64,000 nucleotides of DNA, from contig OY970340.1 in assembly GCA_963717465.1 (NCBI GenBank), forward strand, positions 2,816,001-2,880,000, given 5' to 3'. Below are positions 19,943 to 31,743 of this stretch, piece by piece (position 1 is the first letter of the stretch; the number at the start of each line of letters is the position of its first letter). The DNA comes from Candidatus Bathyarchaeota archaeon (lineage in GTDB: Archaea; Thermoproteota; Bathyarchaeia; Bathyarchaeales; Bathycorpusculaceae). The translations under genes were made by a program, and so were the position numbers. The notes beneath the pieces were generated by a model. The model was not told the origin of the DNA. It was given only the letters and a program-made list of their open reading frames with translations, and did no database searches.

Positions 19943-21314
19943 TTAATAGTATTTTTCCGCCAACTCCTGCGCTTCAACAAACTCTTCCTGATCTTGTTCG
20001 TTTTCTCCGTCTTGTTCTTTCTCTTTTTTCTTCGTTTTGTTCTTTGGTTTCTTCTTGTGTTTCCTTTGTCTCTTTTTTCTGGTTTTTCTCGTATTCTTTT
20101 TGCACAATTTTTTGTGCTTTTTCAAGGTAACTTTTCAAGTCTCTATCCTTCATAGCTTTCTCAGGCAAAGTTTCAGGAGCAACAAAAAGAGGCAAAACAG
20201 CAACAAACAAGAAGAAGACTGTGAAAGAGAAAAGCGCAGAAGTCGAAATCAAGTTTGTCAAATAGTTATTTGCTAAAACTTCTAAGAATTGTGAGACAAA
20301 AAAAGGGGTTACACCAAGAGCATAGAATTTATTGCTTTGATAGTTACCGCTTAAATCTCCCCAGATTGTTAAAATGAAAATTGTGTAGAAAAATCCCCAA
20401 GCGATGGCGGTTGCGATAACAGATAAGTACACAGCTATGGGAGTTGAAGGGAAAGCTGCTAAAATCGCTGTTCCGATTCCAATTGATACGAACCCAGCGA
20501 GGGCGATTTTCCTACGTCCCATAAAATCAATCAGAAACCCTCCAATAATTGAACATATTCCCATCAGTATATTCTGGATCAGAATAAGTTGCGTTACAGC
20601 CTGTTGTCCCCCTAGTAAGCTTGATTGAATCGGCGGAGTCAAATAATTCGCAAAACAAAACATAACCCACGGAATAAAGTACAATATAAAAGATCTTTCT
20701 TTCAGAATAGCTTTGTAAGATGTTAAGGATTCTTTGTGTATCTCTACTTTTTTTTGGGATTGACTGACATTAAAAACAAAGAGACTCGATAATCTAAATG
20801 CTGCAAGAATGATACCGACTACAAAGGCGTCATACGGAACAAGGAGCATCAAAGCAAATCCAATTGTGAAAAATAAAAAAATACATCCGCTTACTCTTCC
20901 TCGTTTTTCAATCGGTATAGAATTAGTAAAATACCCCATGCATGCTGGCATTCCAACACCCAATGAAATGCCCAAAAACAGCGAAATCAGACTTAATATG
21001 AATAAGTTACCGCTATAAATAAAAAAAATTGATAAAGATGACGCAACTCCCAATAACATCCAGATTGATAAAAATCTATTTTGGTCAATTCTTTTAAAGA
21101 ACACAGCTCCAACTATTGCTGAAATTATTATTCCCAAAAAATGAACCCCCCAAATAATTATCGCTATGTTGGGGTCTTGTGACATTTTAGCTATGGCTTC
21201 TTGCAACATTACATTTACTGTATAATACCAAATAAGCGGATTAGCCACTACAAAAATGACTGCTAAAGTGGATTTTACCCTAACTTCTGGATTAAATAGC
21301 CATTTTTTAAGCAT
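19943..21314 (-). CDS. MFS transporter; tail frameshifted in the A-run near 20026
   Basis: About 12 TM segments, GFLIDFMGRR motif A, APETLPEK; the alternative frame ends EAQELAEKYY. Confidence 0.88.
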
Positions 21315-21502
21315 GCGTTCAAAAATTAATAAGAAGAAATCAAGAAATAAGGATTGATAATTCTAAAACAGTATTCAAAATAAGCGTTTTTGGCGGGAGC
21401 TGCCCTTTTAGGGCGTAATACTTATAAGGCAGTTAAGCGCTCAATCGGAAGTTTTTTAAAGCAGTTGTGTCGAACATATATACATAAAGGAGAAGGTCAA
21501 AA

Positions 21503-21547
21503 ATGAAATATAATAAACCAGTTAGAATAGCAGGCGGATGGGCATAA
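21503..21547 (+). CDS. 14-aa micro-ORF MKYNKPVRIAGGWA, candidate modified-peptide precursor
   Basis: Strong RBS AAGGAGAAGGT, upstream TTTTAAA, ATG...TAA, followed by an inverted repeat. Confidence 0.6.
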   Translation: MKYNKPVRIAGGWA

Positions 21548-21549
21548 AT

Positions 21550-21579
21550 AAACAAGATTTTTATGAATAGTTCTTGTTT
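21550..21579. terminator. Inverted repeat between the convergent micro-ORF and prenyltransferase gene
   Basis: AAACAAGA...TCTTGTTT flanked by A/T runs. Confidence 0.5.
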
Positions 21580-21583
21580 TATT

Positions 21584-22564
21584 TTACAACCCTTCTGAAA
21601 CCCCACATATTATTTGATTTAATAAATCTTGCTTATACTTTAAGTTATTTATTGAAAGGAGTTCCTGTAAAGTAAATTCTCTGATTTTCTGCTTCAGCAT
21701 TAAAGTTTCCGTTGAATTCAAAACATCATCAAGTATTTTCTCTATTATTTTTTCATTTAACTTCCTTTTAAGCAAACGAATAATTTCTTCTTTTCTATCG
21801 ACACTTGCAAACGTAAGCAATATGGGCAAAGGAAGGTATTCTTTTTCAAACCTGTTCTTAAGCTCGTCTGGTTCAAACATGTCAACAAACTCATCGCGCA
21901 AAGTCATAAGAACCCCGAATGTTTTTGCATAATGTCCTAAAATCTCAACCTCTTTTTTAGTGCCATTGCCTAAAATTGCTCCTATTTTTGCTGAAGCTTC
22001 GCCTGCAGCGACTTTATTGTTTACAAGCTCAAAATACTCTTTCTCTGAAATGTCAAATCTTCCTCGAAACTCTCTTTCCTGCGCTTCCGCACTGCTAACT
22101 TCCAAAAAAGCCTGTTCAACTATTTTTAGGATTTCATGGCGTTTGCTCTCAACAAGTTTTTGGCAAGCATCATGTAAAACATAAGCACCTTTTTGAAGTA
22201 AAACATCACCTGCAAGTACAGCTATGTCGACACCATATTTTCCATAAACAGTTGGTTTTGAAGACTTGGTTTTTGACTGGTCAATAATGTCGTCATGTAC
22301 ATCCGCGGCTCCCGCAAGAAGCACTAAAGCAGCGCTAAGCTCAGTTGCGATATCTGGGTTTCCGCCTACAGCCTCGCAGGCAAGAGCAACTAAAGCAGGA
22401 TGCAAAACATCTTCCCAATTATCCATAAAGTATTCAAGTGCTTCTTTAAGAGGCTTAAACCCCACTTTTTCTTGCCTTACGATTTGTCTAGCAAGGTCTA
22501 AGGATTTTTGTCCTTTTTTGTAAAATAACCTGATAACGTCTTCCATCTTTGCCTCTTCAGCCAT
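21584..22564 (-). CDS. Polyprenyl synthetase-family protein with degenerate motifs
   Basis: First motif HDDIID intact, but no RRG after it (QSKTKSSKPT); second motif reads RDEFVD. Confidence 0.85.
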   Translation of the reverse strand: MAEEAKMEDVIRLFYKKGQKSLDLARQIVRQEKVGFKPLKEALEYFMDNWEDVLHPALVALACEAVGGNPDIATELSAALVLLAGAADVHDDIIDQSKTKSSKPTVYGKYGVDIAVLAGDVLLQKGAYVLHDACQKLVESKRHEILKIVEQAFLEVSSAEAQEREFRGRFDISEKEYFELVNNKVAAGEASAKIGAILGNGTKKEVEILGHYAKTFGVLMTLRDEFVDMFEPDELKNRFEKEYLPLPILLTFASVDRKEEIIRLLKRKLNEKIIEKILDDVLNSTETLMLKQKIREFTLQELLSINNLKYKQDLLNQIICGVSEGL

Positions 22565-22665
22565 AATATTACAAGTCCTTACCATCATGTTGACTTTTAG
22601 GGTTTAAATATTCTCACATACTAAGCAAAACTCTTAATAGGTTTAGACTTAATCAGTCAAGTTTT

Positions 22666-25548
22666 ATGAGCCTGACTAAGCAAATCGAAGAGAAATGGCA
22701 AGCCAAATGGGAAATCTCACGCGTTTTCGAAGCTGATCCAGATCCTACACGTCAAAAAATTATGGTTACTTTTCCATATCCGTACATGAATGGCCCTTTG
22801 CATGTGGGACATACGTTTACTGCTTCCCGTGTTGACGCTTATGCCCGATTCAAGCGGATGCAGGGCTACAATGTGCTTTGGCCGTGGGGTTGGCATTGGA
22901 CTGGTCAACCGCTACTGGGCGCTAGTCAACGCGTAGCGCGAAATGATGAAGTGTACATACGTGTTTTACGCGAAGTTGATGGGGTGCCAGATGCTGAACT
23001 TAAGAAATTTGTTGACCCGCTTTACATGGCTCAGTACTACACCAACGAAGGAAGGTTGGCAGCTAAACGCATTGGTTTCTCTGTTGATTGGCGCAGGGAA
23101 TTCACTACTATTTTGCCGACTTATCAGAAATTTATTGAGTGGCAGTACAAGAACCTACAAGAGAAAGGCTATGTAACCCGTGGAACTCATCCGGTGGTGT
23201 GGTGTCCTAAAGATCAAAGTCCGACTGGCGACCATGATCGTCAAGTAGGCGAAGGCGTAACGCCTGAAGAGTACACGCTAATAAAGTACAGGCTTGATGA
23301 AAACACTATTTTGCCAGCGGCAACTTTTCGGCCTGAAACAGTCTATGGCATAACAAACATTTGGGTTAACCCTGATGCAACTTACGTTGAAGCACAAGTC
23401 AACAAGGAAAACTGGATTATAAGCCAAGAAGCTTCTGAAAAACTTAAAGAACAACAAAAAACCGTTCAAGTAAAACGCACTTTCAAGGGTCGGGAATTAA
23501 TCGGGAAAACCTTTGAAAACCCCGTAACAAAAAAGGAATTTCCGATCTTACCCGGATGGTTCGTTGATCCAAAGCAAGCTACGGGCATTGTCTACAGTGT
23601 TCCAGCTCATGCACCCTACGATTGGCTGGCACTAAAAGACCTAAAAGAGAAACCGGAAGTCTTGAAAGATTTTGGTGTTGACCCAGAAGTCGTTAAGAAA
23701 ATTAATCCGATCTCAATCATTAAAGTTGAAGGGTTCGGCGAGTTTCCAGCTGTGGAAATTGTGCAGCAGATGGGAATAAAAGACCAGCACGACCCAAGGG
23801 CTGACCAAGCAACTAAAGAGCTGTATAAAAAAGAGTTTCACGGTGGGAAACTTAAGCAGAATTGCGGTGTCTATGCTGGGAAAAGTGTTCGCGAAGTCAA
23901 GGATACGCTTATTGGTGATTTTCGCAAACTGGGCGTTGCTGACAGCATGTACGATTTGCCTGAACCAGTGATTTGCCGTTGCATGACCCAATGCATAGTT
24001 AAAATCTTGTCTAACCAGTGGTTCCTCAATTATTCTGATCCCCAATGGAAAGCGAAAGCAAAAGAAGTTGTCGCCCAAATGACTGTTTATCCTGACTCGG
24101 CTAAACCATGGTTTAACACGGTAATTGATTGGTTAAGAGAGTGGGCATGTGCGAGGACAACTGGTTTTGGCACGCCTTTGCCGTGGGAGAAAGGCTGGAT
24201 AATTGAAACCTTAAGTGATTCAACGGTTTACATGGCGTTTTACACGATAAACAAGCTTATCAAGCAGCATAACGTTAAGCCTGAAGCGTTAACTCCTGAA
24301 GTTTTCGACTACGTTTTCTACGATAAAGGCGAGGCAGCAAAACTTGAGGCTAAGACAGGTTTAAAAGTTGAAATTTTAAACGCAATGCAGAGCGAGTTCA
24401 AGTACTGGTACCCGTTTGACCTTCGAGTTTCAGCAAAGGAACTTGTTCCAAACCACCTGAGCTTCTGCATCTTCCACCACGCAGCCCTGTTTCCACAAAA
24501 TTATTGGCCAAGAGGCATTGGCGTCAATGGCATGCTTATGGTTGAAGGCAAACAAATGCATAAATCAAAAGGCAACTTCGTGACAATGAAGGGGGCAGTA
24601 GACAAGTACGGAGCAGACGCAACAAGATGCGCGCTTCTATTGGGCGCTGAAGGCATGGATGACCCGGACTGGCGAAGCGAAAGTGCCGCTGACATTCAGG
24701 GTAAAATTGAATCATTCTATAATTTTGCATTAAGCATAATTGAAAAAACTAAATGCGATGATTTTGGGCATTTAGAAAAATGGTTACTCAGCAGGCTTCA
24801 ACACCGTATAAGCGAAGTCACAAAAGGTCTTGACGAGTTAAAAACTAGAACTGCTTTGGAAGTAGCATTCTTTGAAACCTGGAATGATTTTCGCTGGTAC
24901 ACACGCAGAAAAGGAAGAACTGACACTAAAGCAGTTCAAGAAGCATTGGAAATTTGGGTTAGACTAGTCGCACCTTTTGCGCCTCATATAAGCGAAGAAT
25001 TATGGAGCAAAGCTGGAAAAGACGATTTCATAAGCAGAGCAGCTTGGCCAACAGTTGACGAAAATAAACTGGATTGGTCTGCTGAAGAAGAAGAGAATTT
25101 TCTAATTGACCTAATCGAGGACACTCTGAACGTTTTAAAAGCCACCAAGATAACTCCTAAAAAAATATGCTATTACACTGCTGCAGCGTGGAAAACAAAA
25201 ATTTACACCATCATCCTTGAAAAATCCCTCGAAGGAGAAGCAAAAATCAACGATGTCATGAAAAACGCTTCAAATGAACCTGAATTAAAACAGTATATGA
25301 AGCAAATTGCGGCTTTAGTTCCTAAAATACTTAAAACAATAAGTAAGCTGCCGACTGAAAGAAAAAAACGTTTAGCAAAAACTTACGTTCGCGATGAGAA
25401 AGAAGCAATTTCAGCTAGTCTGGATTTTCTAAAGACACGGTTTGAAGCGGACGTCGCAGTTTATAGTGAGGAAGATGCGACGCGTTATGATCCTCGGCAA
25501 CGAGCAACGATGGCTGTGCCAAGACAACCTGCGATATTCATAGAATAA
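22666..25548 (+). CDS. leuS: Leucyl-tRNA synthetase (archaeal type)
   Basis: FPYPYMNGPLHVGH, ATFRPET, QMHKSKGN. Confidence 0.97.
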   Translation: MSLTKQIEEKWQAKWEISRVFEADPDPTRQKIMVTFPYPYMNGPLHVGHTFTASRVDAYARFKRMQGYNVLWPWGWHWTGQPLLGASQRVARNDEVYIRVLREVDGVPDAELKKFVDPLYMAQYYTNEGRLAAKRIGFSVDWRREFTTILPTYQKFIEWQYKNLQEKGYVTRGTHPVVWCPKDQSPTGDHDRQVGEGVTPEEYTLIKYRLDENTILPAATFRPETVYGITNIWVNPDATYVEAQVNKENWIISQEASEKLKEQQKTVQVKRTFKGRELIGKTFENPVTKKEFPILPGWFVDPKQATGIVYSVPAHAPYDWLALKDLKEKPEVLKDFGVDPEVVKKINPISIIKVEGFGEFPAVEIVQQMGIKDQHDPRADQATKELYKKEFHGGKLKQNCGVYAGKSVREVKDTLIGDFRKLGVADSMYDLPEPVICRCMTQCIVKILSNQWFLNYSDPQWKAKAKEVVAQMTVYPDSAKPWFNTVIDWLREWACARTTGFGTPLPWEKGWIIETLSDSTVYMAFYTINKLIKQHNVKPEALTPEVFDYVFYDKGEAAKLEAKTGLKVEILNAMQSEFKYWYPFDLRVSAKELVPNHLSFCIFHHAALFPQNYWPRGIGVNGMLMVEGKQMHKSKGNFVTMKGAVDKYGADATRCALLLGAEGMDDPDWRSESAADIQGKIESFYNFALSIIEKTKCDDFGHLEKWLLSRLQHRISEVTKGLDELKTRTALEVAFFETWNDFRWYTRRKGRTDTKAVQEALEIWVRLVAPFAPHISEELWSKAGKDDFISRAAWPTVDENKLDWSAEEEENFLIDLIEDTLNVLKATKITPKKICYYTAAAWKTKIYTIILEKSLEGEAKINDVMKNASNEPELKQYMKQIAALVPKILKTISKLPTERKKRLAKTYVRDEKEAISASLDFLKTRFEADVAVYSEEDATRYDPRQRATMAVPRQPAIFIE

Positions 25549-25588
25549 AAATTTCTGCTTAATTTAGAGTCTGCTACTTTTTGTTTTT

Positions 25589-25981
25589 TTAAGCTTCGAC
25601 TTTTTCTTCTTTATTTTTTAGTTTCTCGTCAAGAAGTGCTAAAAGCTCTTGCGGTTTGACTGGTTTAACTAAGTAAGCGTCTGCGCCCTCGTCAAGTGCT
25701 TTAACACCAGTTTCCAAGGATGGGAAACCTGTAATCATTATTTTTATGGTATTCTGGAGCTGTTTTTTGAGTTTAGCGAGTAGTTCTGTTCCATCCATGT
25801 CGGGAAGCCTAATATCAACTAAAGCTAAATCGTATTGGCGTCCTTCAACTTTTTCTATGGCTTCTTTTCCGGTTTCTGCTACATCAATTTCGTAACCGAC
25901 TTTTTGTAGTATGCGGGTAAAAGTTCGAAGTATTGATTTGTCGTCGTCGATAACAATAATTTTTTTCTTAGATATTGACAT
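25589..25981 (-). CDS. Single-domain response regulator
   Basis: IDDD, VDIRLPDMDG, KP. Confidence 0.93.
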   Translation of the reverse strand: MSISKKKIIVIDDDKSILRTFTRILQKVGYEIDVAETGKEAIEKVEGRQYDLALVDIRLPDMDGTELLAKLKKQLQNTIKIMITGFPSLETGVKALDEGADAYLVKPVKPQELLALLDEKLKNKEEKVEA

Positions 25982-26287
25982 TTTCCGATTTTCCCTTCAT
26001 TTGATTTTAGGTGTTTATTTTATTATTCTAAAGTTACACAATAAAAGTCGCCCCAATCGTTTGCACGCCAAACCAATTATTAAGCTTTGATTTGATAGGC
26101 AAAGATTAACTTCACGACTCTTGTAATTAACCAATGTTTTCACAGATTAATAAACGCTATCCTAAACGAAAAACTGCCACTTTAAGGTGTAATTAGCAAA
26201 TTTCTCTGAAAATTTACGCACATTTAACTATCAAAACCATATTTATATAAATGAAAGTATCATTAATAATGTGTAAAGCTTATTTTA

Positions 26288-28006
26288 TTGCAGGCGGCAT
26301 GCTTAGACTTGAGCGAAAAAGACGTAACAAGATTTCTACAAATTCTGGGCTTATCCAAAAGAGAAATTCAAGTATACATGTTCTTAGCGAAAAGCGGCGT
26401 TCAATCAACCAGCTTTGTTGCTAAAAGATTAAAGATGGAACGAGTACAAGCTTACCGCACCTTCAAGAAATTGCAGGAGAAAGGTTTCATTGAAGCCACT
26501 CTTGAAAGACCAACCCGTTTCACTATAGTTCCTTTCGAAACTTTAGTTGACACATTTATCAATACGAAAAAGAACGAAGTAGCTAACCTGAATGAGCAAA
26601 AACAGAATCTCTTGTCCGCGTGGTCTTCGATAAGTGCACCTGAGTCAGAATATCCAGTAGCTAAATTCTCCATTATCACCGGCAAGAAAAAAATTTATGC
26701 AAAAATGCTGAGCATGATTGAAGAATCAAGAAAAGACGTCTTAATTTTAACAACTGCTCTTGGGATAATTCAGGAGGATATTGCTGGAATATTTGACTCA
26801 ACTGTAGGTCCAGCAAAAGATCGTAATGTAAAGTTTCAGATAATAACAGAGATTTCATCTGAAAATCTAAAGATTGTTGATCGGATTGACAAGAATATTT
26901 CTGAAGAGAAATTAAACATTAAGCTTCACCATTTGAGCATGAACTCAAAGTTTTTCCCACGATTCTTGATAAAAGATGATGAAGAGGCTATTTTGTACGC
27001 GCCAACAGCTAATGAAGCTTCAGTTCTAAACCTTGAAGATGAAGGGTTGTGGATAAACGATAAAATGTTCATTTCAGTGTTGAAAGCCTTTTTCGTCCAG
27101 ATGTGGCAAACAGGAATTTCAGCTTCAAGAAGAATTGAAGAGCTAAAAAGCGGGATTCCAATAGGCGAAACGCTAGTAATCAAAGGGAACGAAGAAGCGT
27201 GGAGCAAAGTCACTAAAGTTTTAGAATCAGCCAGGAACGACATTGTCATAATCACTTCTTCGCAGAGCATTAATCGACTTGCGAAAGGTGACCCTATAAC
27301 CAAATATCTAAAAAAAGGCTTGAATATCCGCATAATGGCGTCCATTGATCTTGATAATCTTGAGCCAGCACAGAAGCTCTCGGCGAATTACGAAGTTAAG
27401 CATGTACCAATCAGCTACTTGACGATGATGCTTGTGGATTCTAAACATCTTTTCATGTTTAAAATGCCCCCGCTTGGTGATGTGGGAAAAGATGCAGTTT
27501 TCTACTTTGCAGACACGTTTTACTCAACCGACCCAAGCCAGATTGAAAGAGTTAGCGAAATGCTAAATGACATATGGAAGAGAGGCATTGACATTGCTGA
27601 TATCAGCAAACAAGCTGGAATGAAGCTGCCAGTAGTTGAAATATCTCAGTTTGAAACCGTTGCTAAACTTGTTGATGTGATGATGAAAAATGGTGCAACA
27701 TCGGTTCTCATAACAAATTACAATAAACCTGTTGGCGTGATAAATGATAGGGATCTGTTAAAGGAAATAGTTGAAGGACGAAAGGACCCTGATAGGACCC
27801 TTACGCGAGACATCAATTTTACCCCGCTTGTTATTCTTGACAGAAACGAGTCAATCGTTAAAGCCATGAAGGTTATGCGGGAAAAAAGGGTTACAAGGAT
27901 AGCCGTTGTTAAAGATGGGCAGTTGGTTGCTATGTTGACTGATAGTGCAGCTGAAAAAGAAAACAGCTCTGCCCCTGAAAGCGCCAGCATCCTAAATTTT
28001 CTTTAA
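26288..28006 (+). CDS. TrmB-family regulator with tandem effector domains and C-terminal CBS pair
   Basis: TrmB HTH (YRTFKKLQEKGFIEATLERPTRF); CBS motif PVGVINDRDL. Confidence 0.85.
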   Translation: MQAACLDLSEKDVTRFLQILGLSKREIQVYMFLAKSGVQSTSFVAKRLKMERVQAYRTFKKLQEKGFIEATLERPTRFTIVPFETLVDTFINTKKNEVANLNEQKQNLLSAWSSISAPESEYPVAKFSIITGKKKIYAKMLSMIEESRKDVLILTTALGIIQEDIAGIFDSTVGPAKDRNVKFQIITEISSENLKIVDRIDKNISEEKLNIKLHHLSMNSKFFPRFLIKDDEEAILYAPTANEASVLNLEDEGLWINDKMFISVLKAFFVQMWQTGISASRRIEELKSGIPIGETLVIKGNEEAWSKVTKVLESARNDIVIITSSQSINRLAKGDPITKYLKKGLNIRIMASIDLDNLEPAQKLSANYEVKHVPISYLTMMLVDSKHLFMFKMPPLGDVGKDAVFYFADTFYSTDPSQIERVSEMLNDIWKRGIDIADISKQAGMKLPVVEISQFETVAKLVDVMMKNGATSVLITNYNKPVGVINDRDLLKEIVEGRKDPDRTLTRDINFTPLVILDRNESIVKAMKVMREKRVTRIAVVKDGQLVAMLTDSAAEKENSSAPESASILNFL

Positions 28007-28064
28007 AATTATATTCAGAAAAGCAGTTAATTTTTTGTGGGAGAGATAATATTAATATTACTAG

Positions 28065-28778
<714 letters not shown>

Positions 28779-28790
28779 GAGTGAACTAAA

Positions 28791-29672
28791 TTGAAAGTTG
28801 AACCTGAATGCGCGTCATGCTTACTTTCTAGAGCAACCGCTGAAACTTACCAAGCAACTACTAATCCAGCGTTAAGATTTAGGTGTTTAGCGGAAGTTGT
28901 TAAACTCTTAAATCGTGAGTTTAAATCGACTACTGTTCCCGCTGACATAGGAACTAAAAGAGATCGAATAATCAAGACATTAACTGGTAACGATGATCCA
29001 TATAAACACAGTAAGAAATTGAGCAACGAGAAAGCATTGAAACTGCTTCCAAGTGCAAAAAAATTTGTGGCAACGGGTGGAAATCAGCAGGAGAGATTCA
29101 AGAAGGCTTGTCTTTGCGCGATCGTGGGAAACATAATGGAATTTGATATTCCCGGCCATAAATTTGCGTTAAATGACCTTTCGAAAATTTTACGAACCGC
29201 AGCTCGAGATTTAGTTATTGATGATACGGATAAGGCTTACGAGTTAGCAAAGAAGGCTCAAAGTGTTCTTTATTTGGCTGATAATGCTGGAGAAATCGTT
29301 TTTGATACTCTACTTGTTGAACAATTGAAAAATATGGGTTTAAAAGTAACTTATGTCGTTAAGGGTGGACCAATCATTAACGATGCAACACTGGAAGATG
29401 TTGAAATTTCAGGCATGGACAAAATTGCAGATGAGATATCAACAACTGGGACTGATGCAGTCGGATTCTTAAAAGGTGAAGTCTCCCGTGAATTTGTAGA
29501 GTCGTACGATAAAGCTGAATTAGTTTTCGCAAAGGGCATGGGATACGCAGAAACGCTTACTGAATTCAAACTCTCAAAGCCTAATTTCTTATTGTTCAGG
29601 ACTAAGTGTGTTCCAGTAGCAAATTATTTTGCTGCTCCAAGAGAAAAGAACATTGCTAAGCTGATGACTTGA
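28791..29672 (+). CDS. DUF89/ARMT1-like metal-dependent phosphatase
   Basis: ECASCL, DNAGEIVFD, INDAT, KGMGY.E. Confidence 0.9.
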   Translation: MKVEPECASCLLSRATAETYQATTNPALRFRCLAEVVKLLNREFKSTTVPADIGTKRDRIIKTLTGNDDPYKHSKKLSNEKALKLLPSAKKFVATGGNQQERFKKACLCAIVGNIMEFDIPGHKFALNDLSKILRTAARDLVIDDTDKAYELAKKAQSVLYLADNAGEIVFDTLLVEQLKNMGLKVTYVVKGGPIINDATLEDVEISGMDKIADEISTTGTDAVGFLKGEVSREFVESYDKAELVFAKGMGYAETLTEFKLSKPNFLLFRTKCVPVANYFAAPREKNIAKLMT

Positions 29673-29675
29673 CAA

Positions 29676-31742
29676 ATGAATTTGCCAAACCTTGCTTTCA
29701 CTAAGGAAGCTTTTTCGAGTTTCGATGAAGTGGTCAGCAAGGAATGGCTAATAACTAACGGCCTTGGCAGCTACGCCTCATCGACCGTTTTGGGTTTGAA
29801 CACGAGGAAGTATCATGGTTTACTGGTTGCAGCATTAAATCCGCCGGGTGAACGCACTGTATGCTTATCCAAGCTGGACGAAGACATCCTGTTAGATGAT
29901 AAAGTTTTCAGGCTAGGAACCAATGAGTTTCAAGATGCAATTTACCCCCAAGGTTATAAAATGTTAAGCGAATTCTCGATAGCGCCTTTCCCAACTTACA
30001 CTTACAACGCTGAAGACATCAACGTTAAGAAAACAATTTTTATGCAAAGAAACAAGAACTCTGTTTCAGTAATTTACAAAATCATCAACAAAAACAGTTC
30101 AGAAGCGGCAGTTAGAATTTACCCGGTTTTTACCTGCAGGCACTTCCATAGCGTTATTAACCGCTGGAATAACCATTTGGATTTTACGCAGGCAAGCAAG
30201 GAAAAAGAGGTTCAAGTTATTTTTCATCCACACGAAACAGCCGTTTTATGCCATGCAACTGACGGCAATTTTGTCGAAAAAATTAACCCTGTAGAAAAAT
30301 TAGTTTATCGCTTTGAAGCTCAGAGGGGTGAAGCAAGCGTTGATAATTGTTTTCAGCCAGGTTATTTCGAACTTGACATTGCTGCAAAAACTGAAAAAGA
30401 ATTCGCGGTAGTGGCAACGGCGAATCGTTCAAGTCAAGAGGCTCGAGTAATTATTGACGCTTTTGGCAATACGTTTGAGAATGTCCAGGATTCGCTTAAA
30501 CGTGAACTGCAACTACAAGAGAATTTGCTTACTACTTTTTACAGTTCTCATTCTCAAGTGCCTGTTAGCGACTGGTTAAACTGGATTCTATTAGCAGCAG
30601 ACTCATTCATAGTTAAAAGCATCAGTGGCAAGCCAGCAGTTATAGCTGGATATCAATGGTTCGAGCCGTGGGGTAGGGATACTTTCATTTCCTTACCTGG
30701 CCTTCTGTTGGTTACGGGAAGATTCCAGACTGCGAAGAATATTCTTTCAAACTATGTTCAATACTGCAAAGATGGGCTTATCCCGAACTTCATATCTGAT
30801 AGGTCTGGAGAACCAGCGTACAACACTGTCGACGCCACGCTATGGTACATAAACGCTGTTTTCCAATACCTAAAATATACTGGGAACTTTAAATTCGTCA
30901 AAGAAGAATTATGGGAAAAACTGAAGGCAATAATTGCTTGCCACGAGAAAGGAACATTGTTTAATATTCACGTGGATACTGACGGTTTATTGATGCATGG
31001 TCCACGTCTTACATGGATGGATGCTTTTGTTGACAGTGAAGCAATAACGCCTAGAAGCGGAAAAGCTGTTGATATTCAAGCATTATGGTACAATGCTCTA
31101 CGGATAATGGAGTTTCTTGCCGCCAAGTTTTCTGAGCCAAATTTAGCTAAAAAATATGCTGAAATGGCCGATAAAACTCGCGAGAATTTTAACAGCAAAT
31201 TTTGGAATGCCCAAAAAAAATGCTTATTTGATGTTCTTGAGGAGAGTGGGGTTGACGATTCGATTCGTCCTAACCAGATTTTCTCTCTGTCTTTAGATTT
31301 TCCGGTGCTTGACATAGAAAAGGGCAGGCAGGTTGTTAATCTGGTCAAGCGTGAACTTGTAACGGTTTACGGCTTGCGAACTCTGGCTACAAGCGACAGG
31401 AAGTTTGTAGGCAAGTACGCTGGAGACAGGCGAAGCAGGGATACTGCTTACCATAACGGTACAATTTGGCCTTGGCTTATAGGTCCTTTTGTTTCAGCTT
31501 TCTTTAAAGTTAAAGGGCACGAAAAGTCAACACGAAAATTTGCTTGTGAAAATTTTTTGTTGCCTTTGTTTAATGCAACTGTTCATCAGGGGGGTTTAGG
31601 AACGATAAATGAAATTTACGATGGCTCGGCACCGTATAATCCTCAGGGTTGCATTGCGCAAGCTTGGAGCGTGGCTGAACCGCTACGTGCATATTTGGAG
31701 GGCGTGCTTGAAGTTAAACCTGAATTTTCGAAGATGTTTTAG
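29676..31742 (+). CDS. Glycogen debranching enzyme (amylo-alpha-1,6-glucosidase)
   Basis: EWLITNGLG, WGRDTFISLPG, TWMDA, YHNGTIWPW, QAWSVAE. Confidence 0.93.
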   Translation: MNLPNLAFTKEAFSSFDEVVSKEWLITNGLGSYASSTVLGLNTRKYHGLLVAALNPPGERTVCLSKLDEDILLDDKVFRLGTNEFQDAIYPQGYKMLSEFSIAPFPTYTYNAEDINVKKTIFMQRNKNSVSVIYKIINKNSSEAAVRIYPVFTCRHFHSVINRWNNHLDFTQASKEKEVQVIFHPHETAVLCHATDGNFVEKINPVEKLVYRFEAQRGEASVDNCFQPGYFELDIAAKTEKEFAVVATANRSSQEARVIIDAFGNTFENVQDSLKRELQLQENLLTTFYSSHSQVPVSDWLNWILLAADSFIVKSISGKPAVIAGYQWFEPWGRDTFISLPGLLLVTGRFQTAKNILSNYVQYCKDGLIPNFISDRSGEPAYNTVDATLWYINAVFQYLKYTGNFKFVKEELWEKLKAIIACHEKGTLFNIHVDTDGLLMHGPRLTWMDAFVDSEAITPRSGKAVDIQALWYNALRIMEFLAAKFSEPNLAKKYAEMADKTRENFNSKFWNAQKKCLFDVLEESGVDDSIRPNQIFSLSLDFPVLDIEKGRQVVNLVKRELVTVYGLRTLATSDRKFVGKYAGDRRSRDTAYHNGTIWPWLIGPFVSAFFKVKGHEKSTRKFACENFLLPLFNATVHQGGLGTINEIYDGSAPYNPQGCIAQAWSVAEPLRAYLEGVLEVKPEFSKMF

Positions 31743-31743
31743 T

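Noticed and set aside
21388..21402. TTTTGGCGGGAGCTG as a sixth copy of the cluster motif
   Set aside because: Only a gapped partial match, without the TATA spacing or the palindrome
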